The notes beneath the pieces are model-generated. The model was not told where the DNA came from, did not search any database, and was given only the letters and a program-made list of their open reading frames with translations. Positions 18,494 through 28,143 of a stretch of DNA of 64,000 nucleotides are shown here, piece after piece (position 1 is the first letter of the stretch; the number at the start of each line of letters is the position of its first letter). Source of the stretch: a virus. Made by a program: the position numbers and the translations under genes. The stretch lies in the IMG/VR virus record IMGVR_UViG_3300010397_000001, positions 20,365 to 84,364 of that record; one strand, written 5' to 3'.

Positions 18494-19876
18494 ATGACGT
18501 ATAACGACTATCCCGAGTCAACAGACGGATACGAGTACGACGAAGCCGGACGGTCTACAGCCATCCGGCCCTCTCACATTGCCATTCTGGGCGTTCCGTT
18601 CGATGGTGGCACTCTAGGCGAGAAGGTCGGTCAGCGACTGGCTCCACTGGCTATCCGCAACCTCGAAGCGCTCAGCACGATGCTCAGCGCTTACAACGAT
18701 GACGTAGATGGTGAGCAAGTGAGTGTCGTCGACTGTGGCGATGTTCAGCTCGACAGGGCGTCTTCGGCAGGTGCTGCTCACGATCTCATCGAAGAGCGAG
18801 CTAGGGCCATCAAGCCGAACACGAGCATGCTGCTTGCCGTCGGAGGTGACCACAGCATTACCCCCTGGCTGATGAAGGGCGCGCTACTTGAACAGCTATA
18901 CCTCGACGACACGCTGAAGCCGGTCGTTATCCACCTCGACGCGCACACGGACACCTGGGCGCACGAGGAATACGAGGAATACGGTACGGCTAACCACGCG
19001 TCGTGGGTGCGGTGGGTGCTGGAGAACAACTGGGCTCACGAGGTTCACCAGTTCGGTGTGCGTGGTTTCGCGCCGGACGAGAAGGATCTCTACGGTAAGC
19101 CGCTGTTCCGTCACCAGTTGCCGCCGGAAGAGTCGTTCACCAGGGCCATGCAGGTGATCAGCACTGCCGGCCGACCGGTGTACCTCACTGTTGATCTGGA
19201 TGTCTGCGACCCATCCTTCGCTCCAGGTGTGGTAGCCCCTGAGCCAGGGGGATGGACGTCACTTCAACTCATGAATTTCATCACGTCCATCGTGTCATCC
19301 GGTGCTGTTAAAGGGATGGACATCGTGGAGTGTTGTCCGCCTCAGGATTACGCCGACCTTACGGTACGCTTGGCGCATCGGTGTATTGCGGCTTCCATCA
19401 TCGGATTCTCTTGGTACCTGAAGGGGGTTCGGGACGTAGCCGCACTACGACAAATCAGGATGTCGGGAGAGGATGAGCCGGCATCCAGTCTGGAAGGAGA
19501 AGCTGTGCTCGACGCGAACACGAACGTCACTCTCCCGACCGAGGGTGACGAGATCGAAGAGCTGGACATGGACACCGACGACATCATCGAGGGTGGCATG
19601 GCCACCCGCAGCACCAAGGCCGTGAAGAAGGCCGGCCGAGGTGCCAAGAAGGTCGGCCGTGGCACCAAGAAGGCCGCGAAGGGAGCCAAGAAGGCGACCA
19701 AGACGGCGAAGAAGGCCACCAAGGGAGCAAAGAAGGCGACCAAGGCCGCGAAGAAGACGGTCAAGAAGGCCACCAAGACGGCAGCCAAGACCACTCGGGC
19801 CGCGACCAAGCCGGCGGCGAAGACGGCGAAGAAGGCCGCGACCAAGGCCGTGAAGAAGGTCGGCAAGCGAGGCTGA
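18494..19876 (+). CDS. Agmatinase/ureohydrolase with an in-frame C-terminal acidic + histone-H1-like region
   Basis: LGVPFD, GGDHSIT, LDAHTD, DLDVCDPSFAPG, PEPGG, DIVE; K/A/T-rich tail. Confidence 0.88.
   Translation: MTYNDYPESTDGYEYDEAGRSTAIRPSHIAILGVPFDGGTLGEKVGQRLAPLAIRNLEALSTMLSAYNDDVDGEQVSVVDCGDVQLDRASSAGAAHDLIEERARAIKPNTSMLLAVGGDHSITPWLMKGALLEQLYLDDTLKPVVIHLDAHTDTWAHEEYEEYGTANHASWVRWVLENNWAHEVHQFGVRGFAPDEKDLYGKPLFRHQLPPEESFTRAMQVISTAGRPVYLTVDLDVCDPSFAPGVVAPEPGGWTSLQLMNFITSIVSSGAVKGMDIVECCPPQDYADLTVRLAHRCIAASIIGFSWYLKGVRDVAALRQIRMSGEDEPASSLEGEAVLDANTNVTLPTEGDEIEELDMDTDDIIEGGMATRSTKAVKKAGRGAKKVGRGTKKAAKGAKKATKTAKKATKGAKKATKAAKKTVKKATKTAAKTTRAATKPAAKTAKKAATKAVKKVGKRG
19505..19876 (+). CDS. 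Probable internally initiated histone-like protein, in frame within the ureohydrolase ORF
   Basis: SD AAGGAG 5 nt before GTG 19505; shift to strong codon bias; KKA repeats. Confidence 0.55.
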   Translation: MLDANTNVTLPTEGDEIEELDMDTDDIIEGGMATRSTKAVKKAGRGAKKVGRGTKKAAKGAKKATKTAKKATKGAKKATKAAKKTVKKATKTAAKTTRAATKPAAKTAKKAATKAVKKVGKRG

Positions 19877-19931
19877 TCGTCGGTCGACGTAAGATCGGAG
19901 CCGTGGTACGCCACGGCCACAGCAGTACAAG

Positions 19932-19972
19932 AAGGCGCTCCGGGGTTGCGACCCTCCCTGGGGCGCCTTTTT
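19932..19972 (+). terminator. Intrinsic terminator
   Basis: AAGGCGCTCCGGGG/CCCTGGGGCGCCTT stem followed by T run. Confidence 0.75.
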
Positions 19973-19995
19973 GCTGCCCTTAAACAGGTGGAGCG

Positions 19996-20400
19996 ATGGA
20001 TCACTTCAAATACTTACGCCAGCGGTTGAGCACCATCAAGCAGGATCCGGACGATCGTGAGCTGGTCTTCTTCATCATGCGGGACCGGGTCGGCTACTAC
20101 TGGCTCATTCAGCAAGTGAACGAGTCTGAACGACCGGACAGATTCAAGGTCACTCACCATAGGTACCGCGCGTGGCAGACGTCGGAACGACATGACATGC
20201 AGTACATGGGGGTCTTGCACACTCATCCGGATCCTGAACGGCCCAACCCTTCTCCGGATGATTACTGCTTGGCCAGCAAAAGCCGGATCCTTCTTTACGC
20301 GGTCTACTGTCCTACGCTGCGCCGGCTCACTTGGCACAACAACGAAAATGAACTGTGGCGCGTGACGATTCCTATGAAAACCAGAGCGAGGCACAAATGA
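19996..20400 (+). CDS. JAB/MPN (JAMM) metallopeptidase
   Basis: N-terminal Glu (DRELV) and HTH-x8-S-x2-D (HTHPDPERPNPSPDD). Confidence 0.8.
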   Translation: MDHFKYLRQRLSTIKQDPDDRELVFFIMRDRVGYYWLIQQVNESERPDRFKVTHHRYRAWQTSERHDMQYMGVLHTHPDPERPNPSPDDYCLASKSRILLYAVYCPTLRRLTWHNNENELWRVTIPMKTRARHK

Positions 20401-21335
20401 CTGACCTGGACATGTGGGCGAGCAATCAGGCCGACGCACGGACGGAGTGGATCGAGTTCGTCATGGGTCCTTTCCCTGATCGCATGGACGAGATGCCGCG
20501 TCGGTACAGAATCAACGTCTCGTTCATGCTGTCCAACTGGAAGTGCATCTTCGGTGAAGGGTGTCCGGGCGTCCTGGTCAGCGGCGCGATGACGGATCGA
20601 GGGTGCTGCCAGATCGGCGTGCACATCGAGCGTGACGAGCTGGCCAGGGTGAACAAGTACGTCAAGATGCTGACGCCGGCCGACCTCGATTCCGAACTAC
20701 TTAAGGACGTGAAGCAGAACGGTTGGAAGTACAACGAAACCGACGAGGAGCACCGTAGTGACGGTTACACCAAGCACACGCGAGTTGTTGACGGCGCTTG
20801 TGTGCTGGCAAATCGCGCTGGTGGGTCAAGCGGTCAGATCGGCTGCTCGCTTCACGTTCTCGCGAAGCGGATCGGGATCAGCCCCACGGAGACCAAGCCC
20901 AACATCTGCTGGCAGCTCCCAGTCGTCGCACAGGAAGAGTACGACGAGGACCGCGACGAATACGTCATCACCGTCACCAACACCCCCGGCGAACAGTGGG
21001 GGAGCAGGTACACCACCGAGGTAACACACCCCGGTTGGTTCTGCACCGAGACTCCGGACGCCTACCGGGGTGACGACACGGTGTACGTGACCAACGAGGA
21101 CAGCCTTCGCAAGCAGATGGGAGATGACGCCTACGACAAGATGTCCGCGGAACTCGATCAGCTCGCCAGGCGGTTCAGGATGCCCGGCGAGAAAATCCAC
21201 AATGGACAGCCACTGATCCCACTCATGGTGGCGAAGCGGATGGGCGAATGGAAGATCGACGCCGCCGATCCGGACAGCGAGACGACCGACGAGAGCAAGG
21301 AAGCGCTCAAGCGGAGCGCGAACTACTCAGCCTAG
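20397..21335 (+). CDS. DUF3109-like Cys-rich (Fe-S/Zn) protein of actinobacterial type
   Basis: CIFGEGC, GCC, TRVVDGACV, GCSLH, KPNICWQLP. Confidence 0.7.
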   Translation: MTDLDMWASNQADARTEWIEFVMGPFPDRMDEMPRRYRINVSFMLSNWKCIFGEGCPGVLVSGAMTDRGCCQIGVHIERDELARVNKYVKMLTPADLDSELLKDVKQNGWKYNETDEEHRSDGYTKHTRVVDGACVLANRAGGSSGQIGCSLHVLAKRIGISPTETKPNICWQLPVVAQEEYDEDRDEYVITVTNTPGEQWGSRYTTEVTHPGWFCTETPDAYRGDDTVYVTNEDSLRKQMGDDAYDKMSAELDQLARRFRMPGEKIHNGQPLIPLMVAKRMGEWKIDAADPDSETTDESKEALKRSANYSA

Positions 21336-21606
21336 GGAAGGCCGTGGCGTGCTAAGACCCAAGGGTTACGAGAACAAGGCTCTGACCGGCGACGAAGACA
21401 AGGTAGTGGGCGTCGAAGGTATGGATGGCGCATTGCGCTATCTGGCTCACTGCCTCAACGAACATCCGGAACTGCTCAAGGAAGAAGACGAAGAAGCTTC
21501 CGATGCCGACTGGCGAGATACGCAGCGGTTGCTATATCAAGATTCACTAGACGATGACGAGCGTTCCGGGCTCAACGAAGACATCGACCCTCTGTAGAGC
21601 ACACAA

Positions 21607-21654
21607 GGAACGGCACCGGTCGGGGACAGTGGCGAACCCAACCGGTGCCGTTCC
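21607..21654. terminator. 14-bp perfect hairpin (terminator or processing site)
   Basis: GGAACGGCACCGGT / ACCGGTGCCGTTCC. Confidence 0.6.
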
Positions 21655-22086
21655 GCATGGGAGGGAACACCGCACGCAAGGGTGAGCGTAGCCGTGGCGG
21701 AGCGCTCACACAATAGTCAGGGTGCAGTGATGTACCCCTGGTGCTTGAAAACCCGCCAGCGTGCAGCTCAGCGGGCTACAGATACCATCACGAAGGGTCG
21801 AGTTATGAGGGCAAGGTTGAGGCTCAAGTGGCGTGCGCGGTGGCACCGGGGTAGTGCACTCATCTACCTGCGCAACGGAACGGTCATCAGGGTGAAGCGC
21901 GACCCCAAGGTACCGCCGGCCAAATACATGGAGACCTACAGCAACTCGCTGAAGACCAGCAGTGAGCCGGTATGGGTCTTCTCCTGGAACGGCACGGCCG
22001 CTGTCACCGTCATGAAGAGCGAAGTGGTGGCGATAGAGGCTTTCTGATGGCACGAGGACCGATAGACCCCAACACCAGACGGATCA

Positions 22087-22818
22087 ATGAACACAAGGAA
22101 CGAAGAGATGACAGACGACGACGCGTTCGCTGTTGCACCCACGGCGAGTACTGCATCTGCGAACCAGGGTGCGACTGTGAATGTTTTTCTTGCGAGTGTT
22201 AAAGCCATGGTCAGTTGGATGGTCGGCGCTCTGTTCGGTGTGTGCCTGACCCTGCTCTGGCCGCACACCGTTCTGGTGGTCGTATTCATCGGCCTGGTGT
22301 TCGTGGCCACACTGATTTGGTTCCTGCTCAGCCATCGACTTGATGTGTTGAATCGACGATGGCACATCGAGCAGAACATGCTCCTACTTAACAAGTTGAA
22401 GGGAGCGAAGCTAAACCCTGAAGAGACGGTGGTACTCGCCGATAACCCCCACATCCAGCCTAATACCGGTGAGCAGCGTGGTAGCGAAATCCATGCCGGC
22501 CGCTTTGGCAGTGACACGTTCGATTTCTCTGGACTGACCAAGGGGTATGTATGCACACCGAAGTGGTACGAAACCTCACTGGAACACTGTGGTGACTTCA
22601 AGCGGGACGGCAGGACCGTCTACGTCGTCATGCACAACCTCATGGAACCTCGGCCCAATGTGCGGTTGCACTACGAAGGCGCGGGAGAAGCAAGCGTGCC
22701 GGCGGAAAAACACTACCTCGATCCACGCACAGTCGAGGTGTCGCCGGGCTACTACTCCCGGAACAACAAGTGGATTGACTACCCCGCCACCAACCTGAAG
22801 GTGCAGGTTTGGGTCTGA
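22087..22818 (+). CDS. Membrane protein
   Basis: Two N-terminal hydrophobic helices. Confidence 0.65.
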   Translation: MNTRNEEMTDDDAFAVAPTASTASANQGATVNVFLASVKAMVSWMVGALFGVCLTLLWPHTVLVVVFIGLVFVATLIWFLLSHRLDVLNRRWHIEQNMLLLNKLKGAKLNPEETVVLADNPHIQPNTGEQRGSEIHAGRFGSDTFDFSGLTKGYVCTPKWYETSLEHCGDFKRDGRTVYVVMHNLMEPRPNVRLHYEGAGEASVPAEKHYLDPRTVEVSPGYYSRNNKWIDYPATNLKVQVWV

Positions 22819-23309
22819 TGCTCTACCTCGTGTATACAGTCGGCCTCCCAGGATCCGGCAAGACAACCTGGGCCATGAAGTTCATTGAAGGAAGAGAGGG
22901 TGCCTGGTCGCGGGTGAACCGTGATCTCATTCGCGCCATGTTGCACAACAGCGTGTACAAAGAGGCACTGACCGAGAACCTGGTTTATGAAGGTCAGGAG
23001 GCTCTGATCCTCTCCTTGCTGCGCAACGGTTCATCGGTGGTGTGTGACGACACTAATCTCAGTCCGTCATCACTCCAGCGCTTCGCACGCTTGATAAGCG
23101 ATCTGAAACCACAGATCGTCGGCCTGCGGATGAAGTCCTTCCTCGACGTGCCGCTGGAAACCTGTCTGGAACGAAACCGTCTGCGCGACGGCGTACAGAG
23201 GGTGTCGGAATCAGTGATCCGCGACATGTTTGAGGGGGTGAAGAAGAACGTCCTCGAACTGGCGAAGAACAACAGGATGATCGGCATGGACGGAGAGGAA
23301 TACTTCTGA
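22818..23309 (+). CDS. Polynucleotide kinase domain (T4 PNK-like P-loop kinase)
   Basis: GLPGSGKTT, NRDLIR, DDTNL, VPLETCLERN..R. Confidence 0.85.
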   Translation: MLYLVYTVGLPGSGKTTWAMKFIEGREGAWSRVNRDLIRAMLHNSVYKEALTENLVYEGQEALILSLLRNGSSVVCDDTNLSPSSLQRFARLISDLKPQIVGLRMKSFLDVPLETCLERNRLRDGVQRVSESVIRDMFEGVKKNVLELAKNNRMIGMDGEEYF

Positions 23310-23310
23310 A

Positions 23311-23691
23311 ATGAGTCCGTTTCTGAGAATGCCGATGGGTCTGGCAATGCGCATCGCTGAACGTATGTCCGAGCAGTGGAATTACAACCCTGACGACTAC
23401 ACCGAAGGTCAGAAGGGAGCGGATAACCACAGGCGCTACGACATTCGTTCAACTGCTGAACAGTTGGCCGCCGAAGAGCCGTACAACTTCGGATATGGCG
23501 ACCACATCATGGTGATGCGGGAGACAGTGAAGTTCTTCTGTTCACACCCTGAATCACTCATCGGATTCCAGCGCTTGTTCGAACAGCTCGACGCAGATCA
23601 GGACGATTACCCTGACTGGCAACGCCTCAAAGACATCAAGCCGATGATCGAACGAGCGTTTGAGGAGGCGAAGCGTGACTTCACCAAGTAG
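23311..23691 (+). CDS. Hypothetical protein
   Basis: ORF track; operon spacing. Confidence 0.6.
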   Translation: MSPFLRMPMGLAMRIAERMSEQWNYNPDDYTEGQKGADNHRRYDIRSTAEQLAAEEPYNFGYGDHIMVMRETVKFFCSHPESLIGFQRLFEQLDADQDDYPDWQRLKDIKPMIERAFEEAKRDFTK

Positions 23692-23995
23692 CGCTACCAT
23701 CGCGCATCTTGAGTTCCTTAAGTTTCTCGCCAGGCATCGTGACTTCCATGACATGTACCTGACGGACAGCACGCCGCGTGCGTTCATCAACAACATCAGA
23801 GACACCATGCGCGCCGTGGAGCTGGCTACCTATGACGGACTAAGGATCCTGAACGATGAACTCGTCACGGTGCTCTGTAGGGCCGTCTACGAAGGCATCT
23901 ACAACGAGTGGGTGGACGCCGAACGCCGGATGAAAATAATCTCGGAGAATGTACGTGTCAAAAAGTACGGCCAACACGAAGGTGAGATGTAGTAC

Positions 23996-24481
23996 ATGAA
24001 GTACGTAATTCAGATAGAAAACGCGCGCACCGAGGTGATGGCCGCACTCGCTGGTCTGGGGTATGTCCAGCGCACCTACCTCAACGTGACCAGCGGGATG
24101 TACGACGTCACCTCCGTCCCGCTCTACGCCGGCCCAGCACAGCACTTCGTCAACATCGTGGAGCAGATCCAAAAGGAAGCTGGCGAGAAGGCCAAGGAAG
24201 AAGGGAGGACGGTCAAGAAGAAACCGATGATTGACCTCTTCGAGCTGGCGAAGTCAAGCCCTGCCTTCAAGGTGCCGGTAGAGGTAAACGGACATCTGTA
24301 CTGTCCCTACCACGCCGACATCTCGTTGGAATGGGCGGGGTCTGAAAACTCATACTGGTGTCCTGCGATCACTACGAGCGGCTACGACGAATACCCCTGT
24401 AAATATCGGTGCCCGGGGCCGTTGCACATCAACGACGAAGGTGTGCTCGCCTACGGCACTAGGGGCGGCTTCACGCCGTGA
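23996..24481 (+). CDS. Hypothetical protein
   Basis: ORF track; coupled to the downstream gene. Confidence 0.6.
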   Translation: MKYVIQIENARTEVMAALAGLGYVQRTYLNVTSGMYDVTSVPLYAGPAQHFVNIVEQIQKEAGEKAKEEGRTVKKKPMIDLFELAKSSPAFKVPVEVNGHLYCPYHADISLEWAGSENSYWCPAITTSGYDEYPCKYRCPGPLHINDEGVLAYGTRGGFTP

Positions 24482-24837
24482 AAGACAGCTACTACATCAC
24501 AGACGGCAAAGGCCAGATCGTGTGTACGGCGTGGCTCACGCCTGACGTGACCGATTGGCCGCCACCAACGTTCCTGCTCAACCGGATACAGGTTACGCGG
24601 CATCAAGGCCGCAAGGGCTATGGAAGCAAGCTCTTGCAGATCGTCTGCGAATTGGCGGACGAGGAAGGGGTGGTACTGATCCTCGGAGTGTCGCCGGACG
24701 ACAGTGACGACTTCGATTGGTTGGTGAAGTGGTACGAGAAGTTCGGCTTCACCGCCAAGCACAAGGACAGAGAACTCAACCTCTGGTTCAACCTCATGGA
24801 ACGTCTACCGATTCAAGGAGTGAAAGACAGTGGCTGA
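24478..24837 (+). CDS. GNAT-family acetyltransferase
   Basis: RIQV...GRKGYGSKLL (motif A), LVKWYEKFGF. Confidence 0.8.
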   Translation: MKDSYYITDGKGQIVCTAWLTPDVTDWPPPTFLLNRIQVTRHQGRKGYGSKLLQIVCELADEEGVVLILGVSPDDSDDFDWLVKWYEKFGFTAKHKDRELNLWFNLMERLPIQGVKDSG

Positions 24838-25732
24838 AGAAAACGAAGAAAAGCTCGGCCTGCCGGTAGCAGAGCTGCGCTTCATCCTGAAAAGCAAGTG
24901 TGGGCTGGACGAGGAGATGGCCAAGTTCGTCGCCGAAAGGCTGATCTCCAACGGAGTGCATGTACCCGCGTCCATCACGCCGGAGATGTTCCTGGTGCAG
25001 TCGACGGACCGTTTCCTCAACCATGACGCGCGTCGACTGCTGCTTGACCAGATGAACGCAGCAATCTTGCTGCAAGAGCACCGCGCCACAATGAGCTTGG
25101 CCGAACAAACGCGCGACGGCCACGAGAACCTGGCGCGTTCGATCGCCGAAGCATTCCAGCACTCGCACCAGGTGAAGAAAGACCTGCTGAAGGTGTCCTA
25201 CGGCGCGAAGAAGGACATCGAAGAGCTGAACGCTCGGGTGACCGAGGTCGCCGATACTCTTACCGACCTGCTGAACAAAGCCAAGACGCGAGGGATGATC
25301 TTCGACGGCAAGAACTGGGTGCCGAACTTCACCTTCACTGGTGATGTTCCGAAGTTCAGTCTCCGCACGGCAGTGCCGGCGTTCAGTGCGGACTTCGCTA
25401 CCGGGGAGGTAACTCACTTCAACCTGCCGAAGCAGCATGAAGACGCCGAAGATCAGGTCAGCGTCTACGAGGAGGGTGTCAAGCAGCATTCAGTCGATGA
25501 AACAGATCTCGGCACTGGCGTAATCCTGAAGGCGGATCAACTTCCGATGGAGGTGGTGATTGAGGCGATGAAGACCGGGCGCATCAAGAGCTGCGTCCGT
25601 GACATGGACACCAACCTGTGGGAGATCGAGACCGTACCGATGCTGCCGGCGGAAACCGAAAAGTTCGCACAGTGGGCGGGGAAGAAAGAAGAAGAGCTGC
25701 ACGCCCAGCAGCACGAAACGGAACAAGGCTGA
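24830..25732 (+). CDS. Hypothetical coiled-coil protein
   Basis: 300-aa ORF with SD aaggag. Confidence 0.7.
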   Translation: MAEENEEKLGLPVAELRFILKSKCGLDEEMAKFVAERLISNGVHVPASITPEMFLVQSTDRFLNHDARRLLLDQMNAAILLQEHRATMSLAEQTRDGHENLARSIAEAFQHSHQVKKDLLKVSYGAKKDIEELNARVTEVADTLTDLLNKAKTRGMIFDGKNWVPNFTFTGDVPKFSLRTAVPAFSADFATGEVTHFNLPKQHEDAEDQVSVYEEGVKQHSVDETDLGTGVILKADQLPMEVVIEAMKTGRIKSCVRDMDTNLWEIETVPMLPAETEKFAQWAGKKEEELHAQQHETEQG

Positions 25733-25816
25733 GAAGTAGGGCGGGCAACAAACAAACACACCCGCCCCAGGGATGAAGACAGAAGAAGGCAGAAGAAAGA
25801 GAGCACACAACACACG

Positions 25817-25945
25817 ATGGCTACCAAGTGTGGACCGTGCAACGGACAAGGCGGTAAGTGGGAAGGGTACACAGACGAGAGGACAGGAATGTACAAGCTT
25901 CGTTGGAAGCTGTGTACGTCATGTGCCGGTAATGGTGAGCGGTAG
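25817..25945 (+). CDS. 42-aa DnaJ-type zinc-finger mini-protein (not in ORF track)
   Basis: MATKCGPCNGQG...CTSCAGNG, i.e. two CxxCxGxG motifs. Confidence 0.65.
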   Translation: MATKCGPCNGQGGKWEGYTDERTGMYKLRWKLCTSCAGNGER

Positions 25946-26086
25946 GTATCAAGCGATGCCGTCTTTTGCTTCAGGTCATACACTTAGTACTGCTCTGTAG
26001 GTTATGAAGATGGCAAACCCAGCAGAAAGCCTGTTGAGCAGCTAAGATTCATCAGAGCAATCGTCCGAGAATAGACCAGATGAACG

Positions 26087-27013
26087 ATGGCCGCCCTCTC
26101 ATCCAGGCGCGGGAAGGGGCTAGAAGTGCCTGTGCGTAAGGGAACCAAGCTCCCACCAGTGCTGAAGAAGCAGCCACCAAAGAAGAGTGACGCACGTGTG
26201 GTCACGCCTCCCAGTGGTGGCAAAAGAAAGATGAAGGCGCTAGGTGCTCGCAAGGGTGCGGGGGCGGTCGTCGATCGGGTGGCGTTGGACAAGTACGACA
26301 GCCGGAGAAAGTACGACTGGGACGCCATCCGCCAGTGGTATATCGAGTTCCCAGGTACGAAAGTTACACACGCCATGGTGTCGCGTGAGTTCGGTCCACA
26401 CGTGCAGCAGGTGTCCACGCACGCCAACAAGGAGCGGTGGGCATACCTTCGTTCAGCGCATCAAGCGGAAAAGATGAAGGAGCGGATGCGTGACCGCACA
26501 CAGTGGACCGTGGACGAAGGGGAGAAGTTCGACAAGTCTTCCTTGGACACCGCGCGCCTAGGAATGTCACTTGTCACCTCCCGCCTCATTGAGCTGAACG
26601 AAGTGTTCGCCGCAGCCCGTGGGAAGCACGCAGAGCTTGTCAGGAAGGTAAACAGTGGTCTGCCCCTGGACAAGGGCGAACGGTACAGCCTGATGGACTA
26701 CAGGGAGCTTGAAAGCCTTGCTCGCGCGGCGCTGACGTTCCAGGAAGTAGGGCGTAAGGCTCTTGGTACCGATGTGATGGACCTGTCCGTCACGTTGAAC
26801 GGTGAGGTGTCCGTCGAAGAGGTCGTGCACATCGGTGAAACACTCACACGTGATGACCCTGACCGCCTGGCGAAGATCCTCGACGTGATGGAACGCGCCG
26901 GCCTGATGAAGGCCATGTTGGGCGAGCACACCGTCATCGACATGTTGCCCAAGGGCGAAGAGATCCTGGAAGGTTCATTCACTGAAGAACCAGACGTTCC
27001 AGAGGACGTCTAA
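26087..27013 (+). CDS. HTH protein, candidate terminase small subunit
   Basis: YDWDAIRQWY...VSREFG...HANKERW resembles TerS HTH; helical C-terminus. Confidence 0.55.
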   Translation: MAALSSRRGKGLEVPVRKGTKLPPVLKKQPPKKSDARVVTPPSGGKRKMKALGARKGAGAVVDRVALDKYDSRRKYDWDAIRQWYIEFPGTKVTHAMVSREFGPHVQQVSTHANKERWAYLRSAHQAEKMKERMRDRTQWTVDEGEKFDKSSLDTARLGMSLVTSRLIELNEVFAAARGKHAELVRKVNSGLPLDKGERYSLMDYRELESLARAALTFQEVGRKALGTDVMDLSVTLNGEVSVEEVVHIGETLTRDDPDRLAKILDVMERAGLMKAMLGEHTVIDMLPKGEEILEGSFTEEPDVPEDV

Positions 27014-27040
27014 ACACCTATCGCGCAAGTATGATTCCAT

Positions 27041-27068
27041 TTGCACTCTGACCAGGCAAAACTATATT
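27041..27068 (+). promoter_or_regulatory. Possible SigA-type promoter
   Basis: TTGCAC-N16-TATATT in an AT-richer gap; overlaps the start of the 27041 ORF call. Confidence 0.35.
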
Positions 27069-27258
27069 GCCTGTCGCCCTACGGCTTAACGAGGTTTTTG
27101 GTGTTTTCCAGGTACGAAATCGTGCGCACAATCTCTGGCATCGACTTCACCTTGGGTGCCTACCCATTCAAGTGGATGGCGGAGATGCGCTGTAGGTCGA
27201 TAAATCAGTACCGGTACGGCCTTAAGTACAAGGTGCGCAAGATTGAGAAGGTGAAGTA

Positions 27259-27720
27259 ATGGACCTGTTCGATTACCGGTTCTTTATCAGTGAAGATCTG
27301 CTCGAAAACACAGCCGTGTTGTCCATGTTGACCACGGAGTGGCGTTCAGAAGCTGAAGATCGACATCTGCTCGTACAAGGGCCGGCGGAGATGAAGGTCT
27401 TCACGAACAACGACCTACTCCCGCACAACGGCTTCGTGCGGCTGCCACCAAAGATGGTGCTGGTGCGTATCTCCGGTCCGATCATCGACGACTACCTGAA
27501 CCCTCACGCCAACTGCCCTGACTGGGCCTACCTTCATGTCACGTGTCAGAGGTGTAGGCGCAAGTATCAGTGCAACCCTTTCGACGACTACTACTGCACT
27601 CCTGAAGGCGACCATGCGTGCGGTCCGTGTCTGTTCAAGGGAAAGAAGGTCGCGCACATCGACCTGGAAGCACCGCTAGAGAAACCCATCTTCGTGCAGT
27701 ACCCGCCTTCACCGAGTTAG
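27259..27720 (+). CDS. Hypothetical protein with Zn-finger
   Basis: CQRC...CGPC. Confidence 0.6.
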   Translation: MDLFDYRFFISEDLLENTAVLSMLTTEWRSEAEDRHLLVQGPAEMKVFTNNDLLPHNGFVRLPPKMVLVRISGPIIDDYLNPHANCPDWAYLHVTCQRCRRKYQCNPFDDYYCTPEGDHACGPCLFKGKKVAHIDLEAPLEKPIFVQYPPSPS

Positions 27721-27756
27721 TAGACTGTTCAATACATTAACTGAATGGAGCTGACA

Positions 27757-27957
27757 GTGGCGCGTGTGTAGATCATCATCACAGCCGACGATGGAAGGAC
27801 TGAAAGCTTCGAGTTGTCGGCACGCGAAGACTTGCTGTCCATGAAAAACATCAACGAGTCGAGCCAGGAAGCTGGCAAGTTCTTTCAATCCCTGTACACG
27901 AGGTTCACCTTGAAGTACTTCAAGCTCTTCGACACCAAGGGCGGAATGAAGGAGTAG
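27757..27957 (+). pseudogene. Paralog of 27961-28143 interrupted by TAG at codon 5
   Basis: MARV*IIITADDGR..AREDLL aligns with MALVRMVITADNGR..VREDLL. Confidence 0.65.
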
Positions 27958-27960
27958 ACG

Positions 27961-28143
27961 GTGGCGCTTGTACGGATGGTCATCACAGCGGACAACGGTA
28001 GGAAGGCGGTCGCGCTCTTTCAGGTGCGGGAAGACCTGCTCACCACTGCTTCAGACGCTGTACAGGATGCGGAACTGAGTAGGGTCAGTCGCCAGTTCAC
28101 AGACGCATACGCACAGCTCTTCAAACAAAAGGATCAGACGTGA
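27961..28143 (+). CDS. Hypothetical protein
   Basis: SD aaggag; tandem paralog upstream. Confidence 0.65.
   Translation: MALVRMVITADNGRKAVALFQVREDLLTTASDAVQDAELSRVSRQFTDAYAQLFKQKDQT

Noticed and set aside
19612-19870. Tandem DNA repeat or array
   Set aside because: AAGAAGGC-type periodicity is explained by the KKA protein repeats.
27769-27771. Genome-wide TAG reassignment
   Set aside because: Many clear genes (e.g. dnaE, recA) end in TAG and no suppressor tRNA was seen.
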